Below are positions 44,348 through 54,535 of a stretch of 64,000 nucleotides of DNA, in pieces (positions within the stretch are counted from its first letter, which is position 1; each line of letters begins with the position of its first letter). The notes below the pieces were generated by a model that did no database searches, was not told the DNA's origin, and saw only the letters and a list, made by a program, of their open reading frames with translations. The translations under genes were made by a program, and so were the position numbers. Source of the DNA: Candidatus Aenigmatarchaeota archaeon (GTDB lineage: Archaea > Aenigmatarchaeota > Aenigmatarchaeia > GW2011-AR5); assembly GCA_016198685.1 (NCBI GenBank), contig JACQID010000006.1, positions 32,001 to 96,000 of the forward strand, read 5' to 3'.

Positions 44348-45436
44348 ATGCATGATGTCATCATAGTTGGAAGCGGCCCTGCAGGAGGAACTCTTGCTTC
44401 CTTACTTGAAGGATTGGATGTTCTTGTGCTTGAGAAGGAAAAAAATGCCGTGCTCAAGGATTCAGGACTTGTTTCATCGCACTTTACCAAATTCGTTGAA
44501 GATGAAAGCCTCATAGAGGCCGAAGTAACAAGGATGGAAGCAGTGTCGCCATCGGGCAAGACGTTCTGGCTGCAATCAAACGAGCCTTTTGCGTATATCC
44601 TCAAAAGAAAACGATTTTCATATTACCTCAGAATTGAAGCCAAGAAAAACGCCGATATGAAATACGAGAGAGCGCGCGGCTTTGCGCGGACAAGCGGCGG
44701 CGTTGCAGTGGAAACGTCAAAAGGGATGCACGAGGCCAAGATGGTTATAGGATGTGATGGCACGCTTTCAGATATACGCAAGAGCATGGGAATAGAAAAA
44801 CCTCCTATGGTCCCCGGAATATTTTCCAGAACCAAGAATAGGCTTCAGGCAGATGAGATAAAAGTGTTCCTTAACAAATTCTATTCCCCGGATTTCTTTT
44901 CATGGATTATACCCCAGGTAAACGAATACGGTCTCATGACATCAGTAAGACCGAGAGAGAATTTCGAGTATTTCAAGAAAAGCATTGGCGCGCCTGACGG
45001 CGAACTGCACTCATATATGATACCGATGGGCACGACTAAATCGTATTCTGAAAGGGCGCTGCTTGTAGGCGAAGCCTGCGGACAGACCAAGCCTCTTACA
45101 GGAGGCGGAATTATATTCGGGATGAGAGCGGCCCATATGGCCGCTTCAGTCGTGAAGCAGGCGATCGAGAAAAATGATTTTTCTTCCGGGTTTCTTTCTA
45201 GATATGAAAAGTCATGGAAAAGCGAGGTTTCTTGGGAAATAAAGAAGCAGCTCTTTCTGAGGAAAGCCTACAGGAAGATGTCTAACCGGGATATAGACGG
45301 TCTTTTCAGGTCTTTCGGGAGCGACATAGAATCCGTGAACACATTCGACTACGACAAGATTACGCGTTCATGGAAAAATTTGCCGAAGCTGAAGGCTGTG
45401 AATTTCATCCTGAAGAATGCCCATCTGTTTATTTGA
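44348..45436 (+). CDS. Geranylgeranyl reductase-family FAD oxidoreductase
   Basis: IVGSGPAG, IGCDG, FSWIIP, LVGEACGQTKPLTGGGI. Confidence 0.85.
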   Translation: MHDVIIVGSGPAGGTLASLLEGLDVLVLEKEKNAVLKDSGLVSSHFTKFVEDESLIEAEVTRMEAVSPSGKTFWLQSNEPFAYILKRKRFSYYLRIEAKKNADMKYERARGFARTSGGVAVETSKGMHEAKMVIGCDGTLSDIRKSMGIEKPPMVPGIFSRTKNRLQADEIKVFLNKFYSPDFFSWIIPQVNEYGLMTSVRPRENFEYFKKSIGAPDGELHSYMIPMGTTKSYSERALLVGEACGQTKPLTGGGIIFGMRAAHMAASVVKQAIEKNDFSSGFLSRYEKSWKSEVSWEIKKQLFLRKAYRKMSNRDIDGLFRSFGSDIESVNTFDYDKITRSWKNLPKLKAVNFILKNAHLFI

Positions 45437-46376
45437 TAAGACGCTCTGCTTGCATATCGTATTTTCTGCTTATGTAAATGAAGGATAACGCACCCAGCAA
45501 GCTTCCGAACCAAAATGTGGCCGCGCGGAAAATTAATATTGCGGCAACGGCTGTAACGCTGTTAACGCCCAGAGACGCAAGGAGCAGTGAGGCGACAGCT
45601 TCCATCGATCCTATCCCTCCGGGAAGAGAGCTTGCAACTCCTATGATTGTGGAAATTGATATGACGCCGGCGAGAGCAATGAGGGGAAGTTCTTGGCCGA
45701 GCGAGAGAAGCACAAGATAGAGAACAATAGCGTCAAGAACCCAAGGAACTATCGTTGCAAGGAAACTTTTGATAAGCACAGATTTTGAAAATGAAGTTCC
45801 GTAGAATGTTTCAAGAAAACCTGAAGAAATGCCTCTGAGCGGCGGCAGCGTTCTAAGCATCCCGAAAAATTTCTCTCCGAACTTCCTGCGTGTCAAGACA
45901 AGGAGCAAAGTTAGAAAGGCTGCGGCGAATATGCCTATGCCGGCGTAAGAGAAACGCAATAAGTCAGCGCTAAGCGACGCGCTTTGCATGAATGCTGCTG
46001 ACAAGAGTAGCAGGACAAGTATATCCATGATTCTTTCCCACATGATTGTAGGAAGGCTTTTTGCAATCGGAATTCCTGTCACGGTTTTCAAGGCCAGAGA
46101 CTTTGCCGGCTCGCCGGCTTTCCCTGGTGTGAAGTTGCTTATCGTCATGCCGAAGAGCTGCACCGGAAAGAGCGTGAAGTAATCCACCCCTACAAGAATT
46201 TTCCATTTCAGGACGCGGAAGCATACTGAAAGTGCGGAAGCGGCAAGCGCCGCGCCTATATAGACCTTGTTCGCCTCCGATACCGTGCGCAAAAGCGCCG
46301 CCGGATCGGAAAGCCATATGACAGCAGCCAGAAGGCCTATGCTGGCAGCGCTTGCAATAATTTTGAGTTTATTCAT
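45429..46376 (-). CDS. UPF0104/lysylphosphatidylglycerol synthase TM-domain protein (putative flippase)
   Basis: RVLKW, SNFTPGKAGEPAK, WERIMD, LPGGIGSME, IFRAATFW. Confidence 0.88.
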   Translation of the reverse strand: MNKLKIIASAASIGLLAAVIWLSDPAALLRTVSEANKVYIGAALAASALSVCFRVLKWKILVGVDYFTLFPVQLFGMTISNFTPGKAGEPAKSLALKTVTGIPIAKSLPTIMWERIMDILVLLLLSAAFMQSASLSADLLRFSYAGIGIFAAAFLTLLLVLTRRKFGEKFFGMLRTLPPLRGISSGFLETFYGTSFSKSVLIKSFLATIVPWVLDAIVLYLVLLSLGQELPLIALAGVISISTIIGVASSLPGGIGSMEAVASLLLASLGVNSVTAVAAILIFRAATFWFGSLLGALSFIYISRKYDMQAERLIK

Positions 46377-46465
46377 GCTTGGAATCCCGCATAATCCTTA
46401 AATCTATTCCTTATAATTGTGATTTCATATAATTAATAACTGGTGATGCCGGAGGGGCGGTTTTT

Positions 46466-47161
46466 GTGCTGGCAGTGATGATACCTACCTATAACGAGAA
46501 GGATAACATACGGCCGCTAGTGGATGAGATATTCCGCGCAGCCGGGCCGAAAACGATGGTAATCATTATAGACGATAGTTCTCCTGACGGAACCGGGGAA
46601 GTCGCCGACGAGATTGCAAGAAAGCGAAAGGGCGTGGTCGTCATACATCGCACAGAGCGTGGCCGCGGCAGTGCAGGCATACGTGGCTTCCAGGAGGCCC
46701 TGAAGTACAGTCCTGAATGCGTCATTGAGATGGACGCGGATTTTTCTCATGACCCTTCGTATATACCCGCTTTTCTTCGCGAGATAAAATATTCTGACGT
46801 TGTCATAGGCTCCAGAATGGTCGGAGGCGGAATGACAGTTCAGCGAGGTTTTGTAAGAAATGCTATCACATCCTTTGCAGGGTTCGTCACAAGAATTATA
46901 CTTGGCATGAGGGTCATGGATATTCAGAGCGGGTACAAGTGCTATAGGGCAAATGTCCTCAAAAGCATGGATTTTTCACGTTTCATTTCCAAAGGTTATT
47001 CGATAGGTGCGGAGACGCTTTATAGGGCGCACAGGAAAGGATTCTACATGAAAGAGATCCCGATAATATTCAGGAACAGGAAAAAAGGGAAGTCAAAACT
47101 CAGCGTTCAGGAGCTGTTTTCGTTCTTCTTTAATGTTGTCAGAATAAGGATAGGTGTTTAA
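46466..47161 (+). CDS. Polyprenol-phosphate mannose synthase-like GT2
   Basis: IPTYNE, IDDSSPDGT, GRGSAG, EMDADFSHDP, GSRMV, EIPIIFRNR. Confidence 0.9.
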   Translation: MLAVMIPTYNEKDNIRPLVDEIFRAAGPKTMVIIIDDSSPDGTGEVADEIARKRKGVVVIHRTERGRGSAGIRGFQEALKYSPECVIEMDADFSHDPSYIPAFLREIKYSDVVIGSRMVGGGMTVQRGFVRNAITSFAGFVTRIILGMRVMDIQSGYKCYRANVLKSMDFSRFISKGYSIGAETLYRAHRKGFYMKEIPIIFRNRKKGKSKLSVQELFSFFFNVVRIRIGV

Positions 47162-48320
47162 GATGCTTGGCGCCGCGCGCGAATTATGGAAGGACGCGAG
47201 TTTCAGAAAGGTTCTGAAGGTCTTTGTTGCCGTCAAAATAATACTGATTATTGTGGCTGCAGGAGCGCAATTCATACCGCAGGAATACACGAACCGGCAG
47301 GATCGGGCAAACTTTATTATTAACGGATGGGCGCAATATGATGCAGCCGCTTACGTTGACATAGCGATGAATGGATATAATCAGGCGTTTGCTGAAGGCC
47401 GCGGCAACTACGGTTGGTTCCCGCTCTACCCATTGCTCATACTCATATTCGGCTTCCTCGGCCCCTATGAGGCAGGGTTTCTGATATCGAATGTGCTCTC
47501 GATTATAGCGATAGGGCTCATATATATGATTGTAAAAGAAGAATTCGGACCTAGCATAGCATATGATACTGTACTGCTGATGTCTTTCTTTCCGACTGCA
47601 TATTTCCTCAATGCGGTGTACACCGAGTCTCTTTTCCTTCTTGAAACCGCTGCATTCTTCTGGTTCATGGGCAAGGGCCGTTATCTTGAAGGAAGTCTCG
47701 CAGGGTTCTTTGCGGCACTGACAAGAACGCAAGGCGCGCTGCTTCTGCTGCCTGCTATCATTATATACTATATGCAGCGGATGAAAAAAGACGGCAAGCT
47801 TGGTTTCGATGCGCTATGGCTGCTGCTGATACCGGCAGGCACGGCAGTTTTCATGGGATATCAGTTCCTTGTAACTGGAAATGCCCTTGCGCAGTTCCAG
47901 ACGCATTCGGAATTCCAGCGCCATCTTTCGCTGCCGACAGACGCGATAATGAACGGCATCAGCGGCCTCATGCAAGGCATTGCAGCATCTGACATTTCAG
48001 GCACGTTCTACCATTCATTCAATCTGTTCATCCTTGTGTTTTTTGCGGGCCTGTTATGGATATGTTATAAAAAATTGAAGCCCGAATACACGGTTTATTT
48101 TGCAGTTTCGCTGATATTGCCGCTTCTCTCGGCGCGTCTTGAGGCCATAAGCAGGTTTTATCTGATGATATTCCCGGCTTTCATAGCGTTATCGCTGGTT
48201 TCAAAGGAAAGGCGGCCATATCTCATGATGCTTTACGGAGTCTTTGCCGTGTTGTTGATACTTTTCACCATAAGGCATGCCAATGAAGACATATTTCTTT
48301 CGGCTATAGCGCCTTTTTAA
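47154..48320 (+). CDS. GT-C membrane mannosyltransferase (PIG-V-like)
   Basis: QYDAAAYVDIAMNGY, WFPLYPLL, FFPTAYFL..YTESLF, LTRTQG, multi-TM. Confidence 0.8.
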   Translation: MFKMLGAARELWKDASFRKVLKVFVAVKIILIIVAAGAQFIPQEYTNRQDRANFIINGWAQYDAAAYVDIAMNGYNQAFAEGRGNYGWFPLYPLLILIFGFLGPYEAGFLISNVLSIIAIGLIYMIVKEEFGPSIAYDTVLLMSFFPTAYFLNAVYTESLFLLETAAFFWFMGKGRYLEGSLAGFFAALTRTQGALLLLPAIIIYYMQRMKKDGKLGFDALWLLLIPAGTAVFMGYQFLVTGNALAQFQTHSEFQRHLSLPTDAIMNGISGLMQGIAASDISGTFYHSFNLFILVFFAGLLWICYKKLKPEYTVYFAVSLILPLLSARLEAISRFYLMIFPAFIALSLVSKERRPYLMMLYGVFAVLLILFTIRHANEDIFLSAIAPF

Positions 48321-48349
48321 GTTTTGAGGAAAAGGGACTTATAGGTATT

Positions 48350-49741
48350 ATGGAATTCAATGATAAATGGCCTGTTTTTCTGGCCAGTTTAATAATATTT
48401 GCGGATTTTCTGCTTTACTACGAAGGACAACTGCTTGTTCTGGCAGGGTTAACCGCAATTGCATCTTTAGCATTGCTTTATCGCATTGACGACACAAAAA
48501 AATCTTTTGCAAAGTACTGGCCGATTGCCGCGCTTGTTTTTATCTTCCTTTTTGGAATACATGCAAGAATAGACGGTTATGACTTCCAGTATCTGAGAAA
48601 CATAGACTCATACGCTTTCATGCGCGAGATGCAGATGATAGTGGACAACGGAATACTCCAAACGACCGATCCGCTCTTCTTCCGTTCGCCTTATGAAGAA
48701 ACGCTCACCGCGCCTTTGGATTTCAATCCGCTCTGGGTATTGAGAGCTCCGTACCAGTATCTGGGCGCATATTCATTCATGCTTGTCCGGTCTTTCATGC
48801 CGATGCTTGAATTATGGCAATACCTGATAGTCTTCCCGCCGGTTTTGGCAAGCCTCGCAGCTATACCAATGTATTTCATAGGCAGGGAAATGTACGACAG
48901 AAGAGCAGGCATAATGGCAGCACTGTTGTACATATTTGACATATCCAACTTCCAGCGTTCTTTGGGCGGCGACCCCGATACTGATGCGATAGTAATACTG
49001 ATGCCGGCCCTTGTGATGGCATTCTATCTTTTGATGTACAAGCGGATTGATGCCGGCGGCTTTGACAAGTTCGCCGTCTTGTTTGCAGCGCTGGGCGGAG
49101 TTTGTCTTGCGCTCTTCCATAATGTTTGGGCGGGATACTGGTATACCGTATGGATAATAGCAGGATTCCTTGTCATAAAATTCATAGTAAGCGCAGTGCG
49201 CCTTGGCAGCTTCCAAAAGATGCTTCAGAGCGCAAAGCCGCAACTGCTGGGTTTTGGATTGTTCTTCATGGCCTACTTGATAGTCAACCTGCAGTTCTTC
49301 GGAGCAGATGCCATAATCTCAACTGTTTACGGGCCATTTGAGTATAGCGGATTGAAAAATGAAGAGGGTCGCGCCTTCCCGAATGTTTATGTCTCTGTCG
49401 CTGAACTTCAGCAGGCCGGTGACGTAGTTTCCATAATAAAAAGAGTCACTGGCGTTGATGGTATAGCGTTATGGTTCTCGCCTTTCATGCTTACGCTTTA
49501 TGCGCTCTTTGGGCTCGTTATGCTCGCAGCTTCCGGCCACAAGAGACATCTGGACGGGCTGATAATACTTTTCCTGTGGTTTATTGGCCCCATGCTCGCA
49601 ACACTTGTTGCCATAAGATTCACAATACTTTTCTCGGCTCCGATGTCCATAGGCACGGCAATATTATTTTCCATTGCATACGGCTATGTACTGGGAGAAT
49701 TTGCCAAGCCCGAGCCTGCCAAAACGGAGGGAACTGCATGA
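48350..49741 (+). CDS. aglB: Oligosaccharyltransferase AglB/STT3, N-terminal membrane half (split gene)
   Basis: NIDSY, RSLGGDPDTD (DxD), VYVSVAEL (SVxE/TIxE), AIRF. Multi-TM. Confidence 0.85.
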   Translation: MEFNDKWPVFLASLIIFADFLLYYEGQLLVLAGLTAIASLALLYRIDDTKKSFAKYWPIAALVFIFLFGIHARIDGYDFQYLRNIDSYAFMREMQMIVDNGILQTTDPLFFRSPYEETLTAPLDFNPLWVLRAPYQYLGAYSFMLVRSFMPMLELWQYLIVFPPVLASLAAIPMYFIGREMYDRRAGIMAALLYIFDISNFQRSLGGDPDTDAIVILMPALVMAFYLLMYKRIDAGGFDKFAVLFAALGGVCLALFHNVWAGYWYTVWIIAGFLVIKFIVSAVRLGSFQKMLQSAKPQLLGFGLFFMAYLIVNLQFFGADAIISTVYGPFEYSGLKNEEGRAFPNVYVSVAELQQAGDVVSIIKRVTGVDGIALWFSPFMLTLYALFGLVMLAASGHKRHLDGLIILFLWFIGPMLATLVAIRFTILFSAPMSIGTAILFSIAYGYVLGEFAKPEPAKTEGTA

Positions 49742-50895
49742 AGGAAGATCACAAAAAAGCTGCTCAAGTTATCGTGAAAGCAACTGCGCCTTTTGCCATA
49801 TGCTTGATAATTGTAGTCGTGATGCGGTATTTCAATCTTGACATGTTTCAGTGGCTATTGCTCGGGATTGCCATAGCCGGCGTCAGCGCGGGCCTCATGT
49901 CCCTAAAGCTGATGGACAGGAAAGTTGCGGGAGCAACAGGGGTATTTTTCATTTCAGTATCGCTCATATTCTTGTTTTACATCTACCCTTCCGGCTACAT
50001 CGCGCAGAGTGGAACTGTTCTTAATGATAATTGGTTTGAGGCGCTGAAGTGGATAAACGAGAACACACCTGAATGCTCGACAGTGGCTACTTATTGGGAT
50101 CCGGGCCATTTCATACGAGCGATAGGCAACAGGACAGTCGTCTTTGACGGCGGCTCGCAAAATCATCTATTCCAGATAAATGAAAGTGGCCCGGACGGAT
50201 TGACAATAGAGAATTATGATAATGGCATCACGCATCTTGTGCAGCACAAAAACGGCATAAGGACCACGGCAAGAATACAGGATATATCGACTACTCTAAT
50301 GACAAGTAATGAATCGCTTGCCGTAGATATACTGAAGGATTACAGGAAATCCGGCTGCGACGAAATCTATTATATAGCCTCTGCCGATCTCATGAGCAAA
50401 TCGGCGTGGTGGACGTATTTCGCGACATGGGCTCCAAACAAGAACGGCAACTGCAGGGTAGGAGGCATTACAGAGCCTAAAGGAGATTGTTACAGTTACA
50501 GTCTTCTTTCGCTTTCCGGAGCCACGCCTAACGGCGAATCCATAATCTATACTTATAGCGCCGGCCAGAATCAGGCGTTCCTGCTGAACTATGATCCGCA
50601 ACAAGACAGATTGCAGGCATATCTTTCCGAAAACAACAATTTATTCAGAATAAAACAAACCTTCTACTTTACCAAAGACGGCAGCGGAGTCCTCTATACA
50701 GTGCCGGATGCAGAGGTTCCGGGAACCGTGTGGGCTGATACCACGAGAAACATTATTATCTACATGCCCCCGCAAATCGAGAACGCGGTATATACAAAAC
50801 TCATGCTTTACAACGGAGTGGGACTTGAGAAGTTTGAATTCGTCAAGGATTGGGGAAGCGAAATCAAGCTTTACAAGGTAAAAATAGAAGAATAG
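49738..50895 (+). CDS. aglB: Oligosaccharyltransferase AglB/STT3, C-terminal half (split gene)
   Basis: Own GGAGG SD and ATGA overlap. Three TM segments, then WFEALKWINENT, YWDPGH (WWDYG variant), FDGGSQ, DLMSK. Confidence 0.85.
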   Translation: MKEDHKKAAQVIVKATAPFAICLIIVVVMRYFNLDMFQWLLLGIAIAGVSAGLMSLKLMDRKVAGATGVFFISVSLIFLFYIYPSGYIAQSGTVLNDNWFEALKWINENTPECSTVATYWDPGHFIRAIGNRTVVFDGGSQNHLFQINESGPDGLTIENYDNGITHLVQHKNGIRTTARIQDISTTLMTSNESLAVDILKDYRKSGCDEIYYIASADLMSKSAWWTYFATWAPNKNGNCRVGGITEPKGDCYSYSLLSLSGATPNGESIIYTYSAGQNQAFLLNYDPQQDRLQAYLSENNNLFRIKQTFYFTKDGSGVLYTVPDAEVPGTVWADTTRNIIIYMPPQIENAVYTKLMLYNGVGLEKFEFVKDWGSEIKLYKVKIEE

Positions 50896-51957
50896 TCAGT
50901 GTTTGATCTCCTTGTATATTTTTTCTATCTGTCTTGCAATCTGCGAGGGGTCATATTTCTTCGCAACCTTTCTTGCGTTTGAAGAAATTCGGCGTATTGC
51001 AGTCGGGGTCAGCGATGCTATGGCATCGCACATGGCTTCTGCATCGTCTGCAAGTATCCCCGTTTTGTTATCTTCTATGAGTTCTGGTATGGCGCCCTTT
51101 TTCGTGGCAATCACAACGCAGCCATTGGCCTGGCCTTCTGCGACTACCCGTCCGAATCCTTCTTCCCATTGGGACGGAACGATAAGGAGCGGCGCTTTTG
51201 CATAGTACTTGCCTGTATTTTCAGTAAAACCTTCCAAAGATATGTTGGCGACCTTCTCAAGAAGCGGGCGTTCCGGACCTTCGCCCAAAACGACAAGTGT
51301 TTTTCTGCCTATGCAGGCAGCAATTGCAGGTAGCAGGCGGGTACCTTTCTGTTCGGTTAAAGAACCCACAAAAAGCACTATATCACTGTCTTTTTTCGCG
51401 ATCTTTGCCGGCTCTATAGGATTGTAAACCGTATATATCTTTTCGTCAAAAACAGGAATATATTTTTTCTTTAGAAAATCGCTTATTGCTATGTAGTGCA
51501 TTCCACTAATGCGCTTCCTTAAGAGCCTTGTATCCCTGAGATGCGCTATTTTATGGGCGCTGATTTTTGCTCCGGACAACGCCAATGCCGATTCGTAATT
51601 ATTCGCGTGAACTATATCAACGTTTTCCTTTTTGCAGAATTTTTCCAGTTCTGCCGCCATTTCGTGGATGAATATCTTTACAGCTCCGCCTAATAAAAAT
51701 GAAAATATGCGCCTGTTGGCGGCGTAAACTGCACGCGAGAGGTTTTTGCCCCGGAAGAACAAGCGTCTGATGCTTGAAAATTCGTGTATGTGAACTTTTC
51801 CGTCCATCCGTTCGGCATTTCCTGAATTCTGATAATTGGGCGTGAGCACATGAACTTCATGGCGTTTTGACAGTTCACGGGCAAGAATAGGAAGACTGAT
51901 TTCAGCGCCGCCCTGAATCACCGGAGGATAATATTCGGCAAGGAACAGTATTCGCAT
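50896..51957 (-). CDS. GT4 glycosyltransferase
   Basis: EYYPPVIQGGAE, FVGSLTEQKG, PSQWEEGFGRVVAE. Confidence 0.9.
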   Translation of the reverse strand: MRILFLAEYYPPVIQGGAEISLPILARELSKRHEVHVLTPNYQNSGNAERMDGKVHIHEFSSIRRLFFRGKNLSRAVYAANRRIFSFLLGGAVKIFIHEMAAELEKFCKKENVDIVHANNYESALALSGAKISAHKIAHLRDTRLLRKRISGMHYIAISDFLKKKYIPVFDEKIYTVYNPIEPAKIAKKDSDIVLFVGSLTEQKGTRLLPAIAACIGRKTLVVLGEGPERPLLEKVANISLEGFTENTGKYYAKAPLLIVPSQWEEGFGRVVAEGQANGCVVIATKKGAIPELIEDNKTGILADDAEAMCDAIASLTPTAIRRISSNARKVAKKYDPSQIARQIEKIYKEIKH

Positions 51958-52076
51958 GCTTACAAATACCGGATTACGCTTAAAACGTCAACCCATAACG
52001 ATACCCCACAACCCGACGCGCAAAATGCTTGCCTTCAAGCAGTGGATTTTTAAAGCATTAGGCGTCAACTTGTTCC

Positions 52077-53009
52077 ATGAAACCGCTCATAAGCGTCATA
52101 GTGCCTGCCTACAACTGCCGTGCCACGATAGAAAGGTGCATGGGCGCAATGAAACGCCTGAATTACGGGAATTGCGAGATCATTATTGTTGATGACGGTT
52201 CTACCGACGGTACGCATGACATGATCAAGAAGGCATGTTCCGGACGAATAAGATGGATAAGGCAGGATAACGCCGGGCCTGCGGCAGCAAGAAATGCGGG
52301 AGCAGAGGCTGCGAAAGGAGACATACTTGCTTTCACCGATTCTGACTGCGTTCCTTACAGCGATTGGCTCGATCATGTACCGCAACATTTCATAAACAAG
52401 AACATCGTAGGCGTAGAAGGGGAAATAGAAACTGACAGGCTTGGAGTCTTCACGCAATCGGTCAGGAGCGAAGGCGGCAGATACCTTACCGCCAATATAT
52501 TTTACAAGAGAAAGGAATTTCTTGCTGAAGGCGGATTTGATGAAAGATTCAGGCGTGCGTTCAGGGAAGATACGGACATGGCAATACGCATGATGGCTCG
52601 CGGGCGCATTGTTTACGAATCCGCATCCAAAGTGTACCATATACCCCGCAACGTAAGTTTGTTTTCCCTTATCAAGCGCCAGGAGCTATATTTCTACGAG
52701 CCCTTATTTTTCAAGAAGCACGGCTCGCATGCCGTTCGTTATTCAACGCATGGCATAACAAGCAGCCCATTCGTAAGATCCGCAATAGCAGGAGTTGCGC
52801 TTCTTTCCCTCGTACTTGGCTCAATAGAGAGTATGTTCTTTGCGGTTCCGGCTGCATTATGGGCAGCTTCAACTCTGTATTTTTTTGGCGTGATGGTGAA
52901 GGAGAACAAATGGAACGGTCCTAATATCGCTGCATTGCCGTTTTCTTTCCTTCTGCCTCTGGCAACGCTTTATTGGCTGCTGCGAGGAGCTATTTTTTGG
53001 AGGGGATAG
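52077..53009 (+). CDS. GT2 glycosyltransferase
   Basis: SVIVPAYN, VDDGSTD, GPAAARNAG, FTDSDC, GGFDERF..EDTD, C-terminal TMs. Confidence 0.9.
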   Translation: MKPLISVIVPAYNCRATIERCMGAMKRLNYGNCEIIIVDDGSTDGTHDMIKKACSGRIRWIRQDNAGPAAARNAGAEAAKGDILAFTDSDCVPYSDWLDHVPQHFINKNIVGVEGEIETDRLGVFTQSVRSEGGRYLTANIFYKRKEFLAEGGFDERFRRAFREDTDMAIRMMARGRIVYESASKVYHIPRNVSLFSLIKRQELYFYEPLFFKKHGSHAVRYSTHGITSSPFVRSAIAGVALLSLVLGSIESMFFAVPAALWAASTLYFFGVMVKENKWNGPNIAALPFSFLLPLATLYWLLRGAIFWRG

Positions 53010-54535
53010 ACACGGGCAAATACGCAGAAGCTGTAGGCAGGGGCACGTTCCTCATATTCATATTTTCCATGGCCGCCGCCGCGATAGGATACGGCTTCCG
53101 GATATTCCTTTCACGATCGCTCACGGTGGACGAGTTTGGTCTTTTTTACAGCGTTGTTGCATTCATTGCGACGATTGGAGTTTTCCGCGAACTTGGCCTT
53201 GCAACTTCGCTTGTAAAATACATATCTGAACTGAAATCAAAACAGGATTTTGCAAGAATAAAATCTTCGATAATCATGGTATTCCTTGCGCAGACTATAC
53301 TTAGCGTGATCATATTTACGCCGTTGATATTCCTCTCGGACATTCTGGCCTCGCAATATTTTGGCATGCCGCAAGCCTCTGCAGTCCTGTTCTTCCTTCT
53401 GATAGAGGCCATCGTGAACATGGGCATATATTCTGCCGTTTTCCAAGGCATGCAAAAATTCAGGATATTCGGCCTTATAGAAATATTCAGGGTATCTATA
53501 TTATTTGCATTCGCGATTCCTCTGGTTTCCAACGGGGCAGCGGGCATAGCCCTTGCGCAGCTTCTGACGACAGTCGCCATGAACATCATTTTTGTCGGCA
53601 TCGCCCTCAAGGAAATGCCGTTCCTTGGACCGGCGAAATTCGTCCTTGACACGACGCTTCTGAAGAATATATTCAAATTCGGACTGACCCTTTGGCTTGG
53701 AAATATAATTGTCATGCTTGTGAGCAGGCTTGACGTGATATTCATCACCTATTTCCGCGTCTTGAAAGAAGTTGCATGGTACAATGTTTCGCTTCCTACT
53801 GCTATGCTGCTCACGACGTTTTCCGCGGCAGTAAATAACACTCTTTATCCTACCGTTGCAGAACTCTGGTCCAAGGGAAGGAAGGAAGACGTGGCAAAGG
53901 GAATGGAATCTGTCATCAAATTCTTTTTTGTCCTCATGCTCCCGCCGGCTCTTCTATTTCTTGCCTATCCGGATATCATAATACGCATACTCTTCGGTGA
54001 ATCATATCTTCCGGCGGCATTGTCACTTCAAGTGTTGTCAATCGGCATGTTATTCTCTTCCATATCCTCAATATTTCTCGGAGTAATCAACGGAATAGGC
54101 AGTCCCGGCATGAATGCCAAAGTCGTTTCCGTAGTCGCTGGGGCAAACTTTGTGTTGAACCTGCTGCTCGTGCCTTTATACGGTCTTGACGGAGCCGCAG
54201 TGGCAACTGCAATTTCATTTGGCATAATGTTCCTCATGACGTTCATATTTTTGAGAAACAGAATCAAGATGAGCATACGTTTCACGGACGTAGGAAGGAT
54301 ATTCCTTGGCGGGCTGCTCGCGTTGCTGGCAGTTGCGGCAGCAAAGCATGCGCTTGTAATCGAGGATGCGGTCATAGAGTCAGCGGTAACATTCATAATT
54401 GCCATGGCTTTCTATGTCGTTTATCTTGTCATGGCAAGGGTAATCGTAAAGAGCGATATTCAGCTTCTTGAAACGTCCGGCTTCCGCCTGCCTGCCGCAG
54501 CAAAGAAATTACTGCTTCGCATATTGAAAGATTAG
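52997..54535 (+). CDS. Wzx/RfbX-type oligosaccharide flippase
   Basis: About 14 TM segments. RSLTVDEFGLF, RLDVIFITYF..VAWYNVS, NLLLVPLYGLDGAAVAT. Start inferred at TTG 52997 after GAGGAG. Confidence 0.88.
   Translation: MEGIDTGKYAEAVGRGTFLIFIFSMAAAAIGYGFRIFLSRSLTVDEFGLFYSVVAFIATIGVFRELGLATSLVKYISELKSKQDFARIKSSIIMVFLAQTILSVIIFTPLIFLSDILASQYFGMPQASAVLFFLLIEAIVNMGIYSAVFQGMQKFRIFGLIEIFRVSILFAFAIPLVSNGAAGIALAQLLTTVAMNIIFVGIALKEMPFLGPAKFVLDTTLLKNIFKFGLTLWLGNIIVMLVSRLDVIFITYFRVLKEVAWYNVSLPTAMLLTTFSAAVNNTLYPTVAELWSKGRKEDVAKGMESVIKFFFVLMLPPALLFLAYPDIIIRILFGESYLPAALSLQVLSIGMLFSSISSIFLGVINGIGSPGMNAKVVSVVAGANFVLNLLLVPLYGLDGAAVATAISFGIMFLMTFIFLRNRIKMSIRFTDVGRIFLGGLLALLAVAAAKHALVIEDAVIESAVTFIIAMAFYVVYLVMARVIVKSDIQLLETSGFRLPAAAKKLLLRILKD

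Noticed and set aside
49471-49737. Track's extended start for the second AglB half
   Set aside because: Lies out of frame inside the first half; the SD and ATGA overlap place the start at 49738.
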